This document shows positions 38,082 through 52,489 of a stretch of 64,000 nt of DNA, one piece after another. Made by a program: the position numbers and the translations under genes. Where the stretch lies: the NCBI RefSeq assembly GCF_006345805.1, contig NC_043010.1:19716001-19780000 (forward strand), given 5' to 3'. The DNA is from Octopus sinensis. Taxonomy: Eukaryota. The notes beneath the pieces are model-generated. The model saw nothing but the letters and a program-made list of their open reading frames with translations. It searched no databases and was not told where the DNA came from. Every line of letters begins with the position of its first letter. Positions within the stretch are counted from its first letter, which is position 1.

Positions 38082-39474
38082 ATAATGAAAATGATTGATA
38101 ATAGGTGATTGTAATAGACAGGGTTTTCCATATAATTGTGCTTTCTCAAAGAATGAAATGAAATGCACACACAGGTGTGTGTGAGTACGTTTGTGTGTGC
38201 GCACGCAATACCATGCAATATAGTTGCAAATAACTAGACCATACCAAAAGAATATAAGAAATTTGTACAACATACACACATATTTAGAAAGTTGTGGCCC
38301 ACGACTGAAGCGAAATGCTAAAATATAGATGTGGTAAGTAACTTTAATAGTTGAAAACTGTCTATAATAGAGGAAACAAGAGGTAAGGTGTGTGTTTTTG
38401 TGTATATTTTACACAGAAAACTATGCCCACATACACCTGGACACACAAATTCATCTGTCATTTTGTCACCTGAAAGAATGTGTTGGGGAACTGAAGAAGA
38501 ATGGGGAGGGAGATCATAAACTTTAGATTGAACAAACAAATTCTACTCCATGTTTTAGTACTTTTCCATGGTTTGTACACACACACACACACACACTTTA
38601 GTCTAACATATGCCAGCATGGAAAACAGATGTATGGTGATGATGATTAAGAAGATTGCTTCACAACCTCATAGCTTTGGGTTCAATCCTACAGCACAGCA
38701 TTAGAAGCAATTGTGTTCTCCTATAACTACAGGTTAACTCCTGCCTCATGAGTGAAATTTGGTAAACAGAAATTGTACAGAAACCCATCATCTACATCAG
38801 TGGTTCTTAACTATTTTTTTTTTTTACCTATGGACCCCTTTGATTATTATTCTGTTCTGGTGGACCCCCATTGTCATTCAATGTTTAAAAACGAGTTTTA
38901 AAGACCCTTCTTCCAAAAAAATTTTACTTTGCTTTTCACTCATTCTCGTGTGCAGGTTGGATTATGAGGAAGAACTTTAGAGAAAGAAACTTGGCTGTTT
39001 TTTTGCAATAAATATATGGGGTCGATTCATTTGACTAAAATCCCTTTCCTGGATGCTCAATATACTACTACTGAGTCCCCAAAAACTTTATATAGACCCC
39101 CAGGGATCATAAAAAACGCCAGTTGAGAACCACTGATCCACAAACACTCAGCTGTAACCCACATCCCAAGGATGACTTGGTACTAGCATGTACCATGCTT
39201 TCCTTAATTGTTTTAGGTACCTGAATAGTTGCAGCAAACTTAAAACCTTCCCTACTTTCTGCTCCATAACCCAGCAGAGCAGTCAGGAAGGAGGTTATAG
39301 TGGAGAAAGAGGAGGGTTGCACTGGCCCCGAGCCAATACTTAAATTAATGAACCCTGAATGGAAGAAAAGTAACAACAGGAACTGAGGTCAGGTTGCAGA
39401 GAACCAGAACAAATATTGTTACAGTCGGTTGCTTTGGCATTGAGGCATGTGTGTGTCTTCATAAATACATACAG

Positions 39475-39890
39475 GTATCATCATTTAACGTCCGTTTTCC
39501 GTGCTGGCATGGGTTGGACGGTTCGACCAGGGTCTGAGAAGCCAGGAAGCTGCACCAGGCTCCAGTCTGATCTGGCAGTATTTCTACAGCTGGATGCCCT
39601 TCCTAACGCCAACCACTCCATGAGTGTAGTGGGTGCTTTTTACGTGCCACCGGCACAGGTGCCAAGGAAGGCTGGCAGCGGCCACGATCGGTTGGTGCTT
39701 TTTACATGCCACTGGCACAGAAGCCAGTCAAGGTGGCGCTGGCATCGGCCACGTTCAGATGGTGCTTTTTATGTGCCATCAGCACAGGTATCACAACTAC
39801 AATTTCCATTTGATATTTATTTTGATGTTGATGTACTTGACTCAATAGGTCTCTGCACACACCTACACATAATACCTTTGGCAATATGCT
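39475..39890 (-). mobile_element. SINE family A copy (inverted pair with the next copy)
   Basis: Signature. Confidence 0.85.
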
Positions 39891-39894
39891 GTGC

Positions 39895-40141
39895 TTGAAT
39901 AGACGACCCATCAAGCCAAGTGAAATCATAGTCATGGCAGCTACTGGTGTCACGCAACTGGCACCTGTGCCGGTGGCACTTAAAAGCACCCATTATACTC
40001 TTGGAGTGGCCGGCTTTAGGAAGGGCATCCAACCATAGAAGCCATGCCAAATCAGACTGCAGTCTGGTGCAATCCCTCAGTTTACTAGCTCTTGTCAAAT
40101 CATCCAACCCATACCAGCATGGACATTACATGATGATGATG
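39895..40141 (+). mobile_element. SINE family A copy
   Basis: Ends catgatgatgat; directly abuts the opposite-strand copy. Confidence 0.8.
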
Positions 40142-40162
40142 TTATATATATATACATATACA

Positions 40163-40505
40163 CAGGCATGACAGTATGGTAAGAATTTTACTTCCCAACC
40201 ACATGGTTCAAGGTTCAGTCCCACTTTGTAGTACTATGGGAAAGTGTCTTCTATAGCATGAGGCCAATCAAAGCCTTGTGAGTGGATTTTGTAGACTGAG
40301 ACTAAAAGAAGCCTGTCCCCTTCTACACTGCTTGCCAACTGCTGTTGGTTTGTTTACATCTCTATAACTTAGCAGTTCAGCAAAAGAACCAACAGAGTAA
40401 GAACCAGGCTTTTAAAAAAAAAGTCCGGGGGGGGGGCATTCATTTAACTAAAAATTCTTCAAGGTGGTGCCCCAGCATGGCCACAAACTAATGACTGAAA
40501 CAAAA
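40163..40505 (+). mobile_element. tRNA-derived SINE family B copy
   Basis: Same head, body and tail. Confidence 0.75.
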
Positions 40506-40739
40506 AAAAGAAAAATACAGACACACGATAACACTGATTAGTGAGAATGAGTGCTCAACACTGCATTTGGTGGATAAACAAGGCTACCAATAGTTTCTTA
40601 TCCAAAGTGGAGGAGATATTGAAGCATTTTTTAAATGGAGCACTTGAAAATTGTGTATGTTCATTCCACATGAAACCATTGGTAGCATTGCTAATCCACA
40701 AATAAAGTACATATCATCATCATCATATATATATATATA

Positions 40740-41123
40740 TAGTAGAACCTTGCAGTATGAGTGCCCCATTGTACAAGTAATTTGCTATACGAGCTGAGAT
40801 TCATGTGAATTTTTGTCTTGAAGTACGAGCAGAAATCCAGAGTACGAGCACACAAATCATCCCATCTTTAAGGTAATTCAGTTAATAAAACCCGTTGACA
40901 TATTTCTTTTGCATTCTCTTTTTTATAATTGCCATTTTACTTGTAACTACACCTTTCCTGTTTTAAAAACCATGAAAAATTATTTTTGATTGGTTTTTGG
41001 GGGCTGGAACGGATTAATTATATTTTAGTTAATTTCAATGGGAAAAACTGATTTGTAAAACAAGTGAATAAGAAGACGAGCTCGGTCATGGAACGAATTA
41101 AACTTGTACTATGAGGTATCACT
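40740..41123. mobile_element. Tigger/pogo-like MITE
   Basis: Ends agtagaaccttg...gtatgag and cttgtactatgaggtatcact in a TA context. Confidence 0.55.
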
Positions 41124-41249
41124 CTGTGTGTGTGTGTATAAATATATATACATACACATACATATACATACAAATATGTCCTTTATGGCCATGCTCTCAC
41201 TCTCTCTCTCTCTCTCTTTCCCAGCTGAAAGGTCTCTGTTTTGCAGGTG

Positions 41250-41455
41250 CTGGAGCTGTGTAAAAGACACTTGTGCTGGTACCACATTTTATGCACTCAT
41301 GCCAGTGCTGCAGAGATGCATCCAGCACACTAAGTAAAGTGGTTGGCGTTAGGAAGGGCGTCCAGCCATAAAGGACAATTGGAACCTGGACAGCTCCTGT
41401 CAAACCATCCAACCCATGCCAGCATTGAAAACAAACGGTGAATGATGATAACAAT
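41250..41455 (+). mobile_element. SINE family A copy
   Basis: Signature. Confidence 0.7.
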
Positions 41456-41474
41456 GATCCCACACACACACATC

Positions 41475-41509
<35 letters not shown>

Positions 41510-43764
41510 AAGAGAGAGGGGGAGAGAGAGATACACACATATCTCTCTACCCTGCTGTCCATCAATACATTTGCCAGTTTACAAAAATCTAAAAATAAAA
41601 TATAAAACAACAACAAACAAGAAAAACAAGAGAAATCTCAACAGATCTGTGGAAATGTCAGAAGCAAAGTATTAATGAGAATTATAAGAACGGACAACAA
41701 CAACAACAGGTTCTACAGTCAAAACTGTGTCCCTCTTCCCCTCCGCTTCCACCACCTGATCAGATTGAAGACAACAACACAGAAATATGGAAATGTTAGC
41801 CTCATATAGAATATGGCAGCGGTGGGGGTGGGGAGCATTTGTGTGTGTGTGTGTGTTGGTTGTGCGTGCTGGTGTGTGTGTGAGTGTGTGTTGGTATAGT
41901 GTATGTATAGTGTGATTGTGTGGTGTCATTGTGTGCGTGTGGTTGTGTGTGTGCATGTTTGTTTTATGTGTGGTGTGTGTGTGTTGGTATGGTGTGTGTG
42001 TGTAGTGTTTGTACGAGTGTGTGTGGTGTCATTGTGTGCATGTTTGTTTTATGTATGGTGCATGTGTGTGTAGTGTATGTGTGTGTGTGTGTGTGTGTAG
42101 TATGTGTGTGTGTGTAGTATGTGTGTGTGTGTGTGTTTCTGAGTTGGCTTACTATGTGTGAAAGAAACAAACACTTCAACAAAGCAATGATGCTGCTGCT
42201 GCTGATGAGGATGACAAAACTGGTTATAACGATAGTTATGATGATGGAGACAAGGATTACTACTATGGTCTTATAATGATGGTGGTGGAGAGGTGGTTGG
42301 TGGTGGTGACGAGGTTGACTGTAGTGAGGATGACATTGTTGGGTGCATTTAGCACTAATGACTTAATTAGCTTTATAGTATTGCTGTTGATAATGTTGTA
42401 GTGGACATGGTAGGGTGGGTGACTGAATGGAGGTGGGGGAGGCCTGCCAAGGCAAAATACAGAGTTGCCATGGTAACCAGTTGTTGTAAAGGTGGGAAGA
42501 TTGACAATCAAATAACAACTTATGTACACACACACACACACACACATGGACTCAGTAATTATTTGGGAGCAGAGAGGAAACCTTTCAATCTTCACTTGTC
42601 CCCAGGTTCTATCCTTTCATAATCCCCTTCCACAGTCTCACAAAGATGATCCAAAAGCCCCCATCACACTTTCTGTCTCCACCAAATGCCTACCTGCTGG
42701 CTACAAATGCAAAAGGTTTTGCTCCTTGAAGAACTTTAGTTGAACGAATTGGCCCCAGTACTTATATTTTTTGTGCCTGGCACTTATTCTATCAGTCACT
42801 ATTGCCAAACTGCTAGGTTACAGGGATATAAACAAACCTATACCAGTTGTCAAGCAGTGGCTGAGACAAACACATATAAACACACAACAGCTTCTTTCAG
42901 TTTTCCCCTACCAAATCTGTTGGTCAACCTGAAGCTTTTGTTGGAGGCCTGGCTGTGTGGTAAAAACCCTGATACACACACACCATACACACACACACAC
43001 TATAAGTGCAAGCGTGGCTGTATGGTATGAAGTTTGCTTCCCAACCACATGGTTCCAGGTTCAGTCGTACAATGCTGTACCTTGGGCAAGTATCTTCTAC
43101 TATAGACTTGAGCCGATTAAAGCCATGTGAGTGGATTTGGTAGATGGAAACTGAAAGAAGCCTGTCATCATCATCATTTAATGTCCATACCATTTTTATG
43201 AGCATGTACATATATATATATATGTGTGTGTGTGTATATATATATTAACAGGATGAATACTGATGGCCCATTCCCATCAAAACTTCCATCAAATGCAACC
43301 ATAACCAAGACTCAACTGGTTGTGTGGAACAGAAAATGAAAACCAGGTATAAAAGTCAGCATCCTAACAGATGTAAAAAGTTCTCTATTCTGATTACAAA
43401 TTCTCGTTTATACCAATAATTGTCGATGCACTTAGGCTGTCTTAGTAAATCCATTATTAACCACAATTTTGAAAAGCTAGGATTTTCAGCTAAAGCTAAC
43501 AAACACTTCACAAACACAATCCATAAACAGAACAGAAAATAAGAGATGCAAGACTTTTCTAGAGTTCAGCATGGAAACTTATTGTTTTTCGTTACCCAAA
43601 TTCAACAATGGGGCTTTGTTTCACTGAGAAGAGAGACTGGCTCCTTCTACATTGAAAAAATTGAAATAATTAAACAAGAACACACACACGCTGATTAATT
43701 TTAGCTGCCAGATCATCCCGAACATTGCAAACCTACAAGGAATTCATATTATATCATATCATCC

Positions 43765-44030
43765 AGTGTATCATCATCATCGTTTAACGTCCGTTTTCCA
43801 TGCTAGCATGGGTTGGATGGTTCGACTGGGGTCTGGGAAGCCAGGAGGCTGCACCAGGCTCCAGTCTGATCTGACAGTGTTTCTACAGATGGATGCCCTT
43901 CCTAACGCCATCCACAACCTGAGTGTAGTGGGTGCTTTTTACGTGCCACCGGCACAGGGGCCAGAGGAGGCTGACAAACGGCCACATTCGGACGGTGCTT
44001 TTTACGTGTCACCAGCAAGGGTGCCCCTTC
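43765..44030 (-). mobile_element. SINE family A copy
   Basis: Signature. Confidence 0.8.
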
Positions 44031-44084
44031 CATGCATGTGTATACTACAAATATGTGTGTGTGTGTGTGTGTGGTGCAAGCTTG

Positions 44085-44432
44085 GTCGTGTGATAGACGT
44101 TTGCTTTCAAACCAAATTCCAGGTTTGGTCTCACTGTGTGGTACCTTGTATCTTCTACCATGTCTTCTTGTGAGTGGAGTTGGTAGACGGAAACAGAAAG
44201 AAGCACAGCATGTGTGTGTGTCTTTGAGTCCATGTTTGCCCACCACCACCACCACTTGCCAACAGGTGCTGGTGCATTTACATCTCCGTGACTTAGTAGC
44301 TCAGCAAAAGAGACTGATAGAATGAATACCAGGCTTAAGAAAAGTCCTGGGATTGATTCATTCAACTAAAAAATTCTTTGAAGCAGTGCTCCAGCATGGC
44401 TGCAGTTTAATGACTGAAACAATTAAAAGATG
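44085..44432 (+). mobile_element. tRNA-derived SINE family B copy
   Basis: Same body and tail. Confidence 0.75.
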
Positions 44433-44899
44433 GAAGCTACATGTACACACACACGGTTGTAGGCAATTCCTCAGAATAGAAAATAACTCCAGGGACCCAC
44501 ATGTAATTATGTAGGTCAATGTAGGGTCCACAAGTTCAATTCTAAGCTGAGCACTTCTCATCTCAAACAATAAGAAACATTTGTGTTGGTTGCTTTGTAC
44601 TGCTTTCTCTATTCCCATTTATCATTGAGATGTTTGGTTCATGCAGTGTGTGTGTGTGTGCACATATACTTTGGAAACAATGAGGTCCAACACAAGACAT
44701 TATTTCATCTGAAGACACTTATCTGTACATGAATATATATATATATATAAATATTATATACACATGTATATATGCATTATATGCACACACAAACACATAT
44801 ATATACACACACACACATATATATATATGATGGAACATAAAGTCTTGAGATATGGTACAACTAAATATTCGCAGGAAGCAGCAATGACTAACAGATAGA

Positions 44900-44965
<66 letters not shown>

Positions 44966-45660
44966 CAGGCATGAAAGGAGTGGAGCGGATAAGCAATTAA
45001 GGAAATGTCCAAACCCAAGCGCTTCCTCAGATCTGCAAAAAGGAGAGGACAACGTGATTATTTTCGATACCTTGCATGATACCTTCTTTTCTCTATAGAT
45101 GCATATAACACATACACACACACACACAGAAATACACAACACACATACATACATGGTCAGTATATAAACACATACACTACATGTAAACATAAGCAAGAAG
45201 GATGTACACCCCATATTATATGCAAAAATAGACATATGTCACACAACACAGGTAAACAGAGTAGTGACCAAAAAAGAAAAAAAAAATACAGGCAAAACAT
45301 GCTTGATACATTTTGGTCAAGTATGCAGACCACTACATCACATGCTGATGCTAACATACCAGGCTTCCTTTTGTCTAAGTACTTCATGGCTGTTAGTGTC
45401 ACAAAAAGAAATCAGGGAGCAAGGAAAGGAAACATTCCTATTCTCGTCCTCACCCCCACCCACCCATGACATTTTGTGAAGGTGGGCAGAACTTTTGTAT
45501 GTATTATGTTGTGTTATTATGCAGAGGAGGAACCAAACTCAAGTGCCACCTCGGGTGATACATCTCATGCCTAAATTATAGTGTTGATGAATTTTGGATA
45601 ACTCTCGACTTTATTACTAAAAAATATATAATTATCAAAAAAAAAAAAAAGGGAAATTAA

Positions 45661-45716
45661 ATTGGCTGGGAATTGAACCCAGTGCAACTTCATAGTAGGC
45701 AAGCATTCTACCACGA
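45661..45716 (-). pseudogene. Decayed tRNA-Gly-like fragment
   Basis: Minus strand gtggtagaatgcttgcctactatg...gggttcaattcccagccaat resembles tRNA-Gly (GTGGTAGAATTCTCGCCTGCCAC...GGGTTCGATTCCCGGCCAAT); the 5' acceptor stem is missing. Confidence 0.6.
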
Positions 45717-45792
45717 AAACTAATACTTTCTATAGAAAATTATTATTTTTAAATCTCACAACTTGAGATATTCAGCAACAGCACTTTGGAGA

Positions 45793-46067
45793 AAAGATTG
45801 TTAGCCAACATAACATGGCAGTCCTGGTTTAGGACGAATGTTGCTGTAATTTGGCCCCAGGAGACATCGTCTCCAGCTGGCTATACAACATGATCTGTCT
45901 CCTCATATTTTCGAACAAGGAAGTGGGGATGCTAGATTCCCTTGTTCGAAAATATAAGGACACAGATCGTGTCGTATAGCCAGCTGGAGACGATGTCTCC
46001 TGGGGCTAAATTACAGCAACATTAGTCCTAAACCAGAACTGCCATGTTATGTTGGCAAACAATCTTT
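45793..46067. mobile_element. Fold-back MITE
   Basis: ~130-bp inverted arms aaagattgttagccaacataacatggcag...ctgccatgttatgttggcaaacaatcttt. Confidence 0.85.
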
Positions 46068-46108
46068 ACTAATATTTTCTTGCCTGCCTCTCTCTCTCTC
46101 TCTGTATG

Positions 46109-46159
<51 letters not shown>

Positions 46160-47194
46160 CATAAGCACGCAAACCAGAATGGGCTAAAATTGTGTTCACA
46201 CTACTAAATAATGATTTTTATAAATAAAATATGAGGCAACATTTTTGTCTTTGCTCTAAAATAATTTTCCTGTTAATGGCATAATTTGCCAAAACTATCA
46301 CATCGTTTTTAGAATGTATATTTTCAATATTTATATCAATATTATGTTCCTGATAGGTGCCTTAGCCTTGGATATATGCATCATTAAGGTAAGTATTTAC
46401 AATATCTGCAGCTACACTATGTTCTAATTAGTCTTATTACTGGATATATATATACATCATTAGCATAATCTATAGAATGGTGTGTTCCAATTAGTGCCTT
46501 ATTACTGGAAGTGCACAATGAACATGCATGCAGTACAGAGGTGTTCAACAGCAAGGACTTTACAACCCATAGTTCTGAGACATAACTAGCCTAGTCTCAG
46601 ACTATGTGTATATATACACACACACATATATGTGTATGTATGAATATATATATATGTGTATATAAATATATATGTATATATATATATATATTCATACATA
46701 CACAAATACATACATATATATATATTTATATATATATATATATTTATATACATTTATATTTATTTATATATATATATATATTTATATACATTTATATTTA
46801 TTTATATATATATATATTTATATACATTTATATTTATTTATATATATATATTATTAAATATATATAAAGAGAGAGAGAGAGAGAAGGAGAGATGAAGACA
46901 GATAATGATTATTGAACCAATTACCAGTGTTGTTGTTGTTTAGCCACAGGTCAGTCCTCATCGAGTAGCTCTCTACCCTCAGTGACATTCTGGTCACAAT
47001 CTATCCAGTCTTTCTTTTTCAAGCATAATATACCCAGGGGTTACACTAACCAACATGGTCTTTTTCTTTTTAGAACATAAGTTGTAATTTCAGGGTAACT
47101 TGTCTGCTATTTCTAGCATAGCTTGACTAAGATGCAATATGTAAATATACAGGTAAGATGAGTAATGTGCCAAATTCTCATATTTGTACAAATA

Positions 47195-47375
47195 ATTTCA
47201 AATTTTGGTACAAGGCAAGTAATTCTGGAGGAGGGGCGTAAATGGATTACATCGACTCCAGTGTACAACTGGTACTCGTTTTATCGACCCCGAAAGGAAG
47301 AAAGGCAAAGCTGACCTTGGTAGAATTTGAGCTCAGAACGTGAAGATGGACAAAATGCCGTGAAGCATTTTGCCA
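47195..47375 (-). mobile_element. SINE family C copy
   Basis: Same signature. Confidence 0.7.
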
Positions 47376-49704
47376 ACTCGTTACCTATGTCATGTTTATA
47401 ATAATAACAGTTGGTCAAGGTCTTTGAATTACAGATGGAATCCAGCTTTTATTATAATGTCACAGGTTGAGTGTTCCGGGGATACTTTGGGGTAGCATAT
47501 CAGGGAATAATAGCTTCAAAAAATCATTTGATAAATATAGACAAGGGGAAAATGATGAAACAGCCATCATCTTTCCACTCTGGCCAGTTTAAACGCTAAA
47601 TGGTCAAACTGATGTTTGAAACATAAGAAAAAAAAAATTTTTTAATTTATGTCCCAAACTTAACGAAACTTACAATATTTTGTTGTTCTTTTTAGATGTT
47701 AACTAAAGCAAAATTCTTTTAAAACATGGCTAGAAATACTCTCTTCTATACAAATAAGCCATTCTTATAAGATTGAATGTGTTAAGTAATTTAATAAAGT
47801 ATTTATAGCTAATTTATCAGCAGATTTAGATAGTCAAAAATAGCAGATACATAGAAGTGGAGCAAACGGTTACCTTGTCATTGTACCAATATCGTCTCCC
47901 AGTATCCACATCAAGTAGAAGGACTAAACAATAACCAGGATGTGGTGAGTGACAAGGCCCAGTGAGCAAGTTAACCGTTTTTTGTTACCTTATTTCTATC
48001 AACATGTTCTGCCTGTGTTTTAATTAATTTTGTAAGTAATGAAGAATTTAGTGAAATAACTTGTTATAGTTAAACTGTGTTTAAAACAGTCAAGGGCAAT
48101 CAGCTGTCTGCAGGACGTTCTGTAAAGCATGCCTAACTAAAAACTATTTTTTAATTATTTTAGTAGAGCGGCCTGCCTACTAATGAGAGCCATGTCTCAT
48201 GCGACCCACTTCTAGTAAGAGCTTATCCTTGCCTAGTTTAGGACATAAATCAACACGGAATTTTGATGGGAATTTTAAGTTTAGATCACTTTTAAATAGA
48301 ATTTGTATCATAGAAACAAGATTGGTTTCAGGCAGGTTGGTATTAAAAGGGTTAAGACAAGAGCCAAGCTTACATGAAGCTCAATTATTAAGCAGTGCCA
48401 CTTAACCAACCGAGAGCTGGCGATTTTCCTGTAATTATTTTAGTCTTTCAGTAACATCTACCTGGAACTTGTCTCTATCTTCTCCATTTTCTGCACACTG
48501 TTAATAAAGACATTATCCACGGCTGTTGAAACGTGTGATATTTTATAAAATCACGTTCAGTCTCACCTTATAATTTCCAACACAACCTCTTTTATTATTA
48601 ATGCTATGGCACTGATATTTCTAGAAGTTTATTATGGAGATGTGTGTATGTGTGTGATATATTTATACACCTATTTGTACATATATTTACATGCAAACAT
48701 ACATATAAACACACTAACATGCACCATTGCATGCATGTACATATACCACCGCCATCGTTTAATAGCTGCTATACATATAGACACACACACACACACAAAG
48801 ACAAATGTGTTTATAGATTACAAGCAATGTTCAGTAGATATGCATACGTATACAAATACCGTATATACATAAATGCTTACGTACAACACTAATGTGCATG
48901 CATGCACACACACACGCAAGTGTATACATATAAATATGCTTACAGATAAAAAAAAAAACAACAGAATTACTTACATCCAACCACAAAATAAAAGGAAAAA
49001 CAAACAAGAAAATGGCTCAATCAGTTTCACCAATTAGCATTCTGGTTTAATTGACTGAACAACTCATTAATTATAATCTAAGTGGCTGAGTATTCCACAG
49101 ACTTGTGCCCTTCGCTTAAACATCTGGCAGACTTCCCATGACACAGTGTGACAAGGTTGGCCACAAGTTACAAGAACAGTCAAAATCAGTGGGTCTCGGA
49201 CATTTTTAATATCCGGGGTCACATTCACAACCTGGATTTTTTTAGGGGTCTACACTAAATAAAGATAAAAACAAGTCAAAGAAAAATTTATTACATTTAT
49301 AAAAGAAGACCATCAAGGGCTGCTGGAAGGATGCTGGGGGGGGGGGAGGGCACATGAGGCTCTGGGAGCTATAGTTGGTAGCCACTGGTCTATGTTGTAT
49401 TTTATGTGAGGGGAAGCTGAGTAGAGAAACAAAGGGTCAAGAGGTCCCTTTAGGGTAGTTGAGGACATGGCAACTTCTCAGTGTCCCAATAAAATGTACC
49501 TGATACATTCTTTAAAGGGCATTTAGTCACAGAAACCCTGAGAAAAACAAAGGGTACGAATGAGATGTGATGCTTCAACCCATCGAAGAAAGAAAAGAAC
49601 TTTGAATAAGAACTTCATGAACTGTAATGACCAAGCCGTGCCAACATGGAATCTTTTTCTTGATTCAATTCTTAGAGAATTTTTAGTTGAATGAATCAAC
49701 CCCA

Positions 49705-49990
49705 GGACTTTTTTTTTAAGCCTGGTACTTATTTTGTCTCTTCTGCTGAACCACTAAGTTACAGGGACATAAACACACCAACACCGGTTGTCAAGTGGTG
49801 GTGGTAGACAAACACACACACACAAGTATATATGGACAAGCTTCTTTCAGTTTCCATCTACCAAATCCACTCTCAAGGTTTTGGTCAGCCCGAGGCTATG
49901 GTAGAAGACACTTGATTAATGTGCCATGCAGTGGGACTGAACCCAGAACCATGTGGTTGGGAAGCAAACTTCTTACCACACAGCCATGCT
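49705..49990 (-). mobile_element. tRNA-derived SINE family B copy
   Basis: Reverse-complement signature; further fragments at ~8080, 31250, 35150, 37305, 42760 and 43010. Confidence 0.8.
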
Positions 49991-50890
49991 TGCGAACACA
50001 AAATTATAATGATGGTGATGCTGATGGCTGTGTATTCTGCTGCCATGTGTACCCTTAATGTATTTCTCAGTCTGAATCAGTGATGAGGCCAGGTTCTTTG
50101 AATCACACTTTCAATCCAACCTGGTTTATAAAAAACTGGACAATCCAAAGAATTATGTACCCTTGATGTGCTTGTTAGGGAGACTCCTTCATCCAATGTG
50201 CTTTCACACTGTTTCTGTCTTCCCAGTTTTATCCAGAAAGACTGAGTCAACCTGAGGGCCATGGCAAAAGACACATGTTTATGGAGCCATGTGGGACCTT
50301 ATGATTGTCAAGTGAAGATCTTGGCCTGAACTTGCAGCCACTTATACACAAAACTGCATACATGCATAAAAAAAAACACCAATATACATACACAAGCACA
50401 TACACATACATATGTAGAGATATGAAACAAAACTGTTAAATAGAACAATGACTGGTGAATGGGTTGAGGGAAGGGAAAGAGGTTGTAGGGTTTGGGTAGT
50501 GGGTGGACTTCTTTGTCTGTGAACACAGTCAGTAGTGTAGGGTTTCTGTATGGTTGCATATATGCTGTGGGGGTTCTGTATGGGGGTTACATACATAAGG
50601 ACTGAATGAATTTCTTTGCCTGTGACTATAAATGTATGGATTGTTGATGTTTAGGCCCAGGTTAACTGTGACAGATTAGATTTGTGACCAAACGAATTTT
50701 AATCAGGACCATCCTTTCTTTAATTCAGACAGTATACCTGAGATTTAGCTGTTGTTTCTAGCAAGTTAAGTGCAGAAAGGCCCCGTCATTGGCTCATATC
50801 AGTGTGTATCTATGTAAGGAATGTACATTTGGCTGTTGTTTCTAGCAAGTTAAGTGACTGCAGAGAGGCTCCAGCATTGGCTTGTATCAA

Positions 50891-50937
<47 letters not shown>

Positions 50938-51070
50938 ATGGAATGTACGTTAAATAACCTAAATATTACACCAACAAATTCTCAGAATTAAAAATTTTTG
51001 ATTGCCATACCATATATGGTGACAACTATCCCAATAATGTTTTATAATAATACCAAACATCTATCCTACA

Positions 51071-51383
51071 CAGTGGAACCTCAATTCATTACTGGAGGCC
51101 ATTCATCACCCAAAATGTTCATAAACCAAAACTATTTTCCCAGTAGGAAATTCAAAGAAAGCATTGCAAATCCAAGCAGGGATGTGAATTGCACAAAAGC
51201 GAGACCACAACTGATGCTCTTCCTCCCCCCATACACCCAGCTTTGGTCGCCAATCATTGATGCCAGCTTGCATGTTTCTTACTCAAGACACTGTTCATTA
51301 ACCAAGATATTTTATGTTCAAAAAATTGTTCATAAACCAATCGGTACATGATAAGAGGCATTTGTAAACCAAAGTTCCAACAT
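51071..51383. mobile_element. Tigger/pogo-like MITE
   Basis: cagtggaacctc left end and aaccaaagttccaac right end. Confidence 0.5.
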
Positions 51384-51419
51384 ATTGCATAATCTGTGAT
51401 GCATATTATATGCTCTCTG

Positions 51420-51473
<54 letters not shown>

Positions 51474-51638
51474 TTACATGACACAAGTGTGTATACATTT
51501 TTTCTCTCTCCCCATTTTTTCTTCTCATCCCTTTCTGTCGGACATAGGCTTGAAACATCAAAGACTTTAGTGTTCTTCCCAAATGTCAAACTAATACACC
51601 CCCTTCTTTGTTGTTTGTTTTTTGTACATCTGAACCAA

Positions 51639-51673
<35 letters not shown>

Positions 51674-51826
51674 TACATACACACACATATATATATATCA
51701 ATCTGTAAGAGATGTGATATAATCTATGAAATTCCCAAGTCACAAATCTTAATCTGTGACACTCATATACCATAACATGCCATGCTTCTATCACCACATC
51801 ATATTATAATGTATGACCCCTCTCCC

Positions 51827-51925
51827 TATGTATGTATGTATGTATGTATGTATGTATGTATGTATGTATGTATGTATGTATGTATGTATGTATGTATGTA
51901 TGTATGTATGTATGTATGCATGCAT
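51827..51925. repeat. (TATG)n microsatellite
   Basis: Long perfect run. Confidence 0.95.
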
Positions 51926-51964
51926 GCATGTAGTGTAACCTATGATACCCAGCCCACAATCTGT

Positions 51965-52175
51965 GCCTCACCCCTTTCATACACAGTCCAGTTCTAATTA
52001 TATCTGAAGTACTCCCTGTAGCACCCCAATGTACTGACAGTTGTATACTGAGGTACAGCTAAAGGCATCCTGAGGTGTACAGTTTGCAGTACCCTGAGGC
52101 ACAACTAATGGTATCTTGAAATACCTATCAGGATTATCTTATGGTACCCTGACATATTGCTTATGGTATCACTGA
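51965..52175. repeat. Degenerate ~22-nt repeat (ccctgaggtacagctaatggta-like)
   Basis: ctgag/ctgaa/ctgac followed by gtac/ggta recurs at roughly 20-22 nt spacing. Confidence 0.5.
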
Positions 52176-52489
52176 CGTCTTTTTAAGAAGTCAGTGAGGC
52201 AACAAGAAGCAATAGCCATCCGGAATTTGCATACATCCTGCCGCCTCCTCCTCCTCTCAACTGGTGAGATTGCTGATGATGATGGAATATCTAAAGAGTG
52301 GGAAATTCCAGAGGGAAGCTACATTGGGGAAGGATAGGGATTTTAGTGTTTAAGATGCGGGAGGTGAGAGGTGGGTAGGTCAGGTTGGCTAAGGTGAAAG
52401 AAGTATGCAATTAACATCAAATGTAATCAACTATTTCTCTAACGACAACGAGGGTGGAAATGGTGATGATGAGTCCACGGTGCAGGCAC

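Noticed and set aside
45360-45389. 30-nt micro-exon candidate (ctaacag|...|gtatgt), in frame for a phase-2 intron
   Set aside because: It would insert HEVLRQKEA into the middle of the transmembrane helix, and the branch-like motif abuts the AG; likely chance.
47874-47923. 50-nt exon-like segment (tttag|...AAG|gtaacc)
   Set aside because: The phase could fit, but the peptide bears no resemblance to the expected ATRN IAFSQ...FFVTFFS exon.
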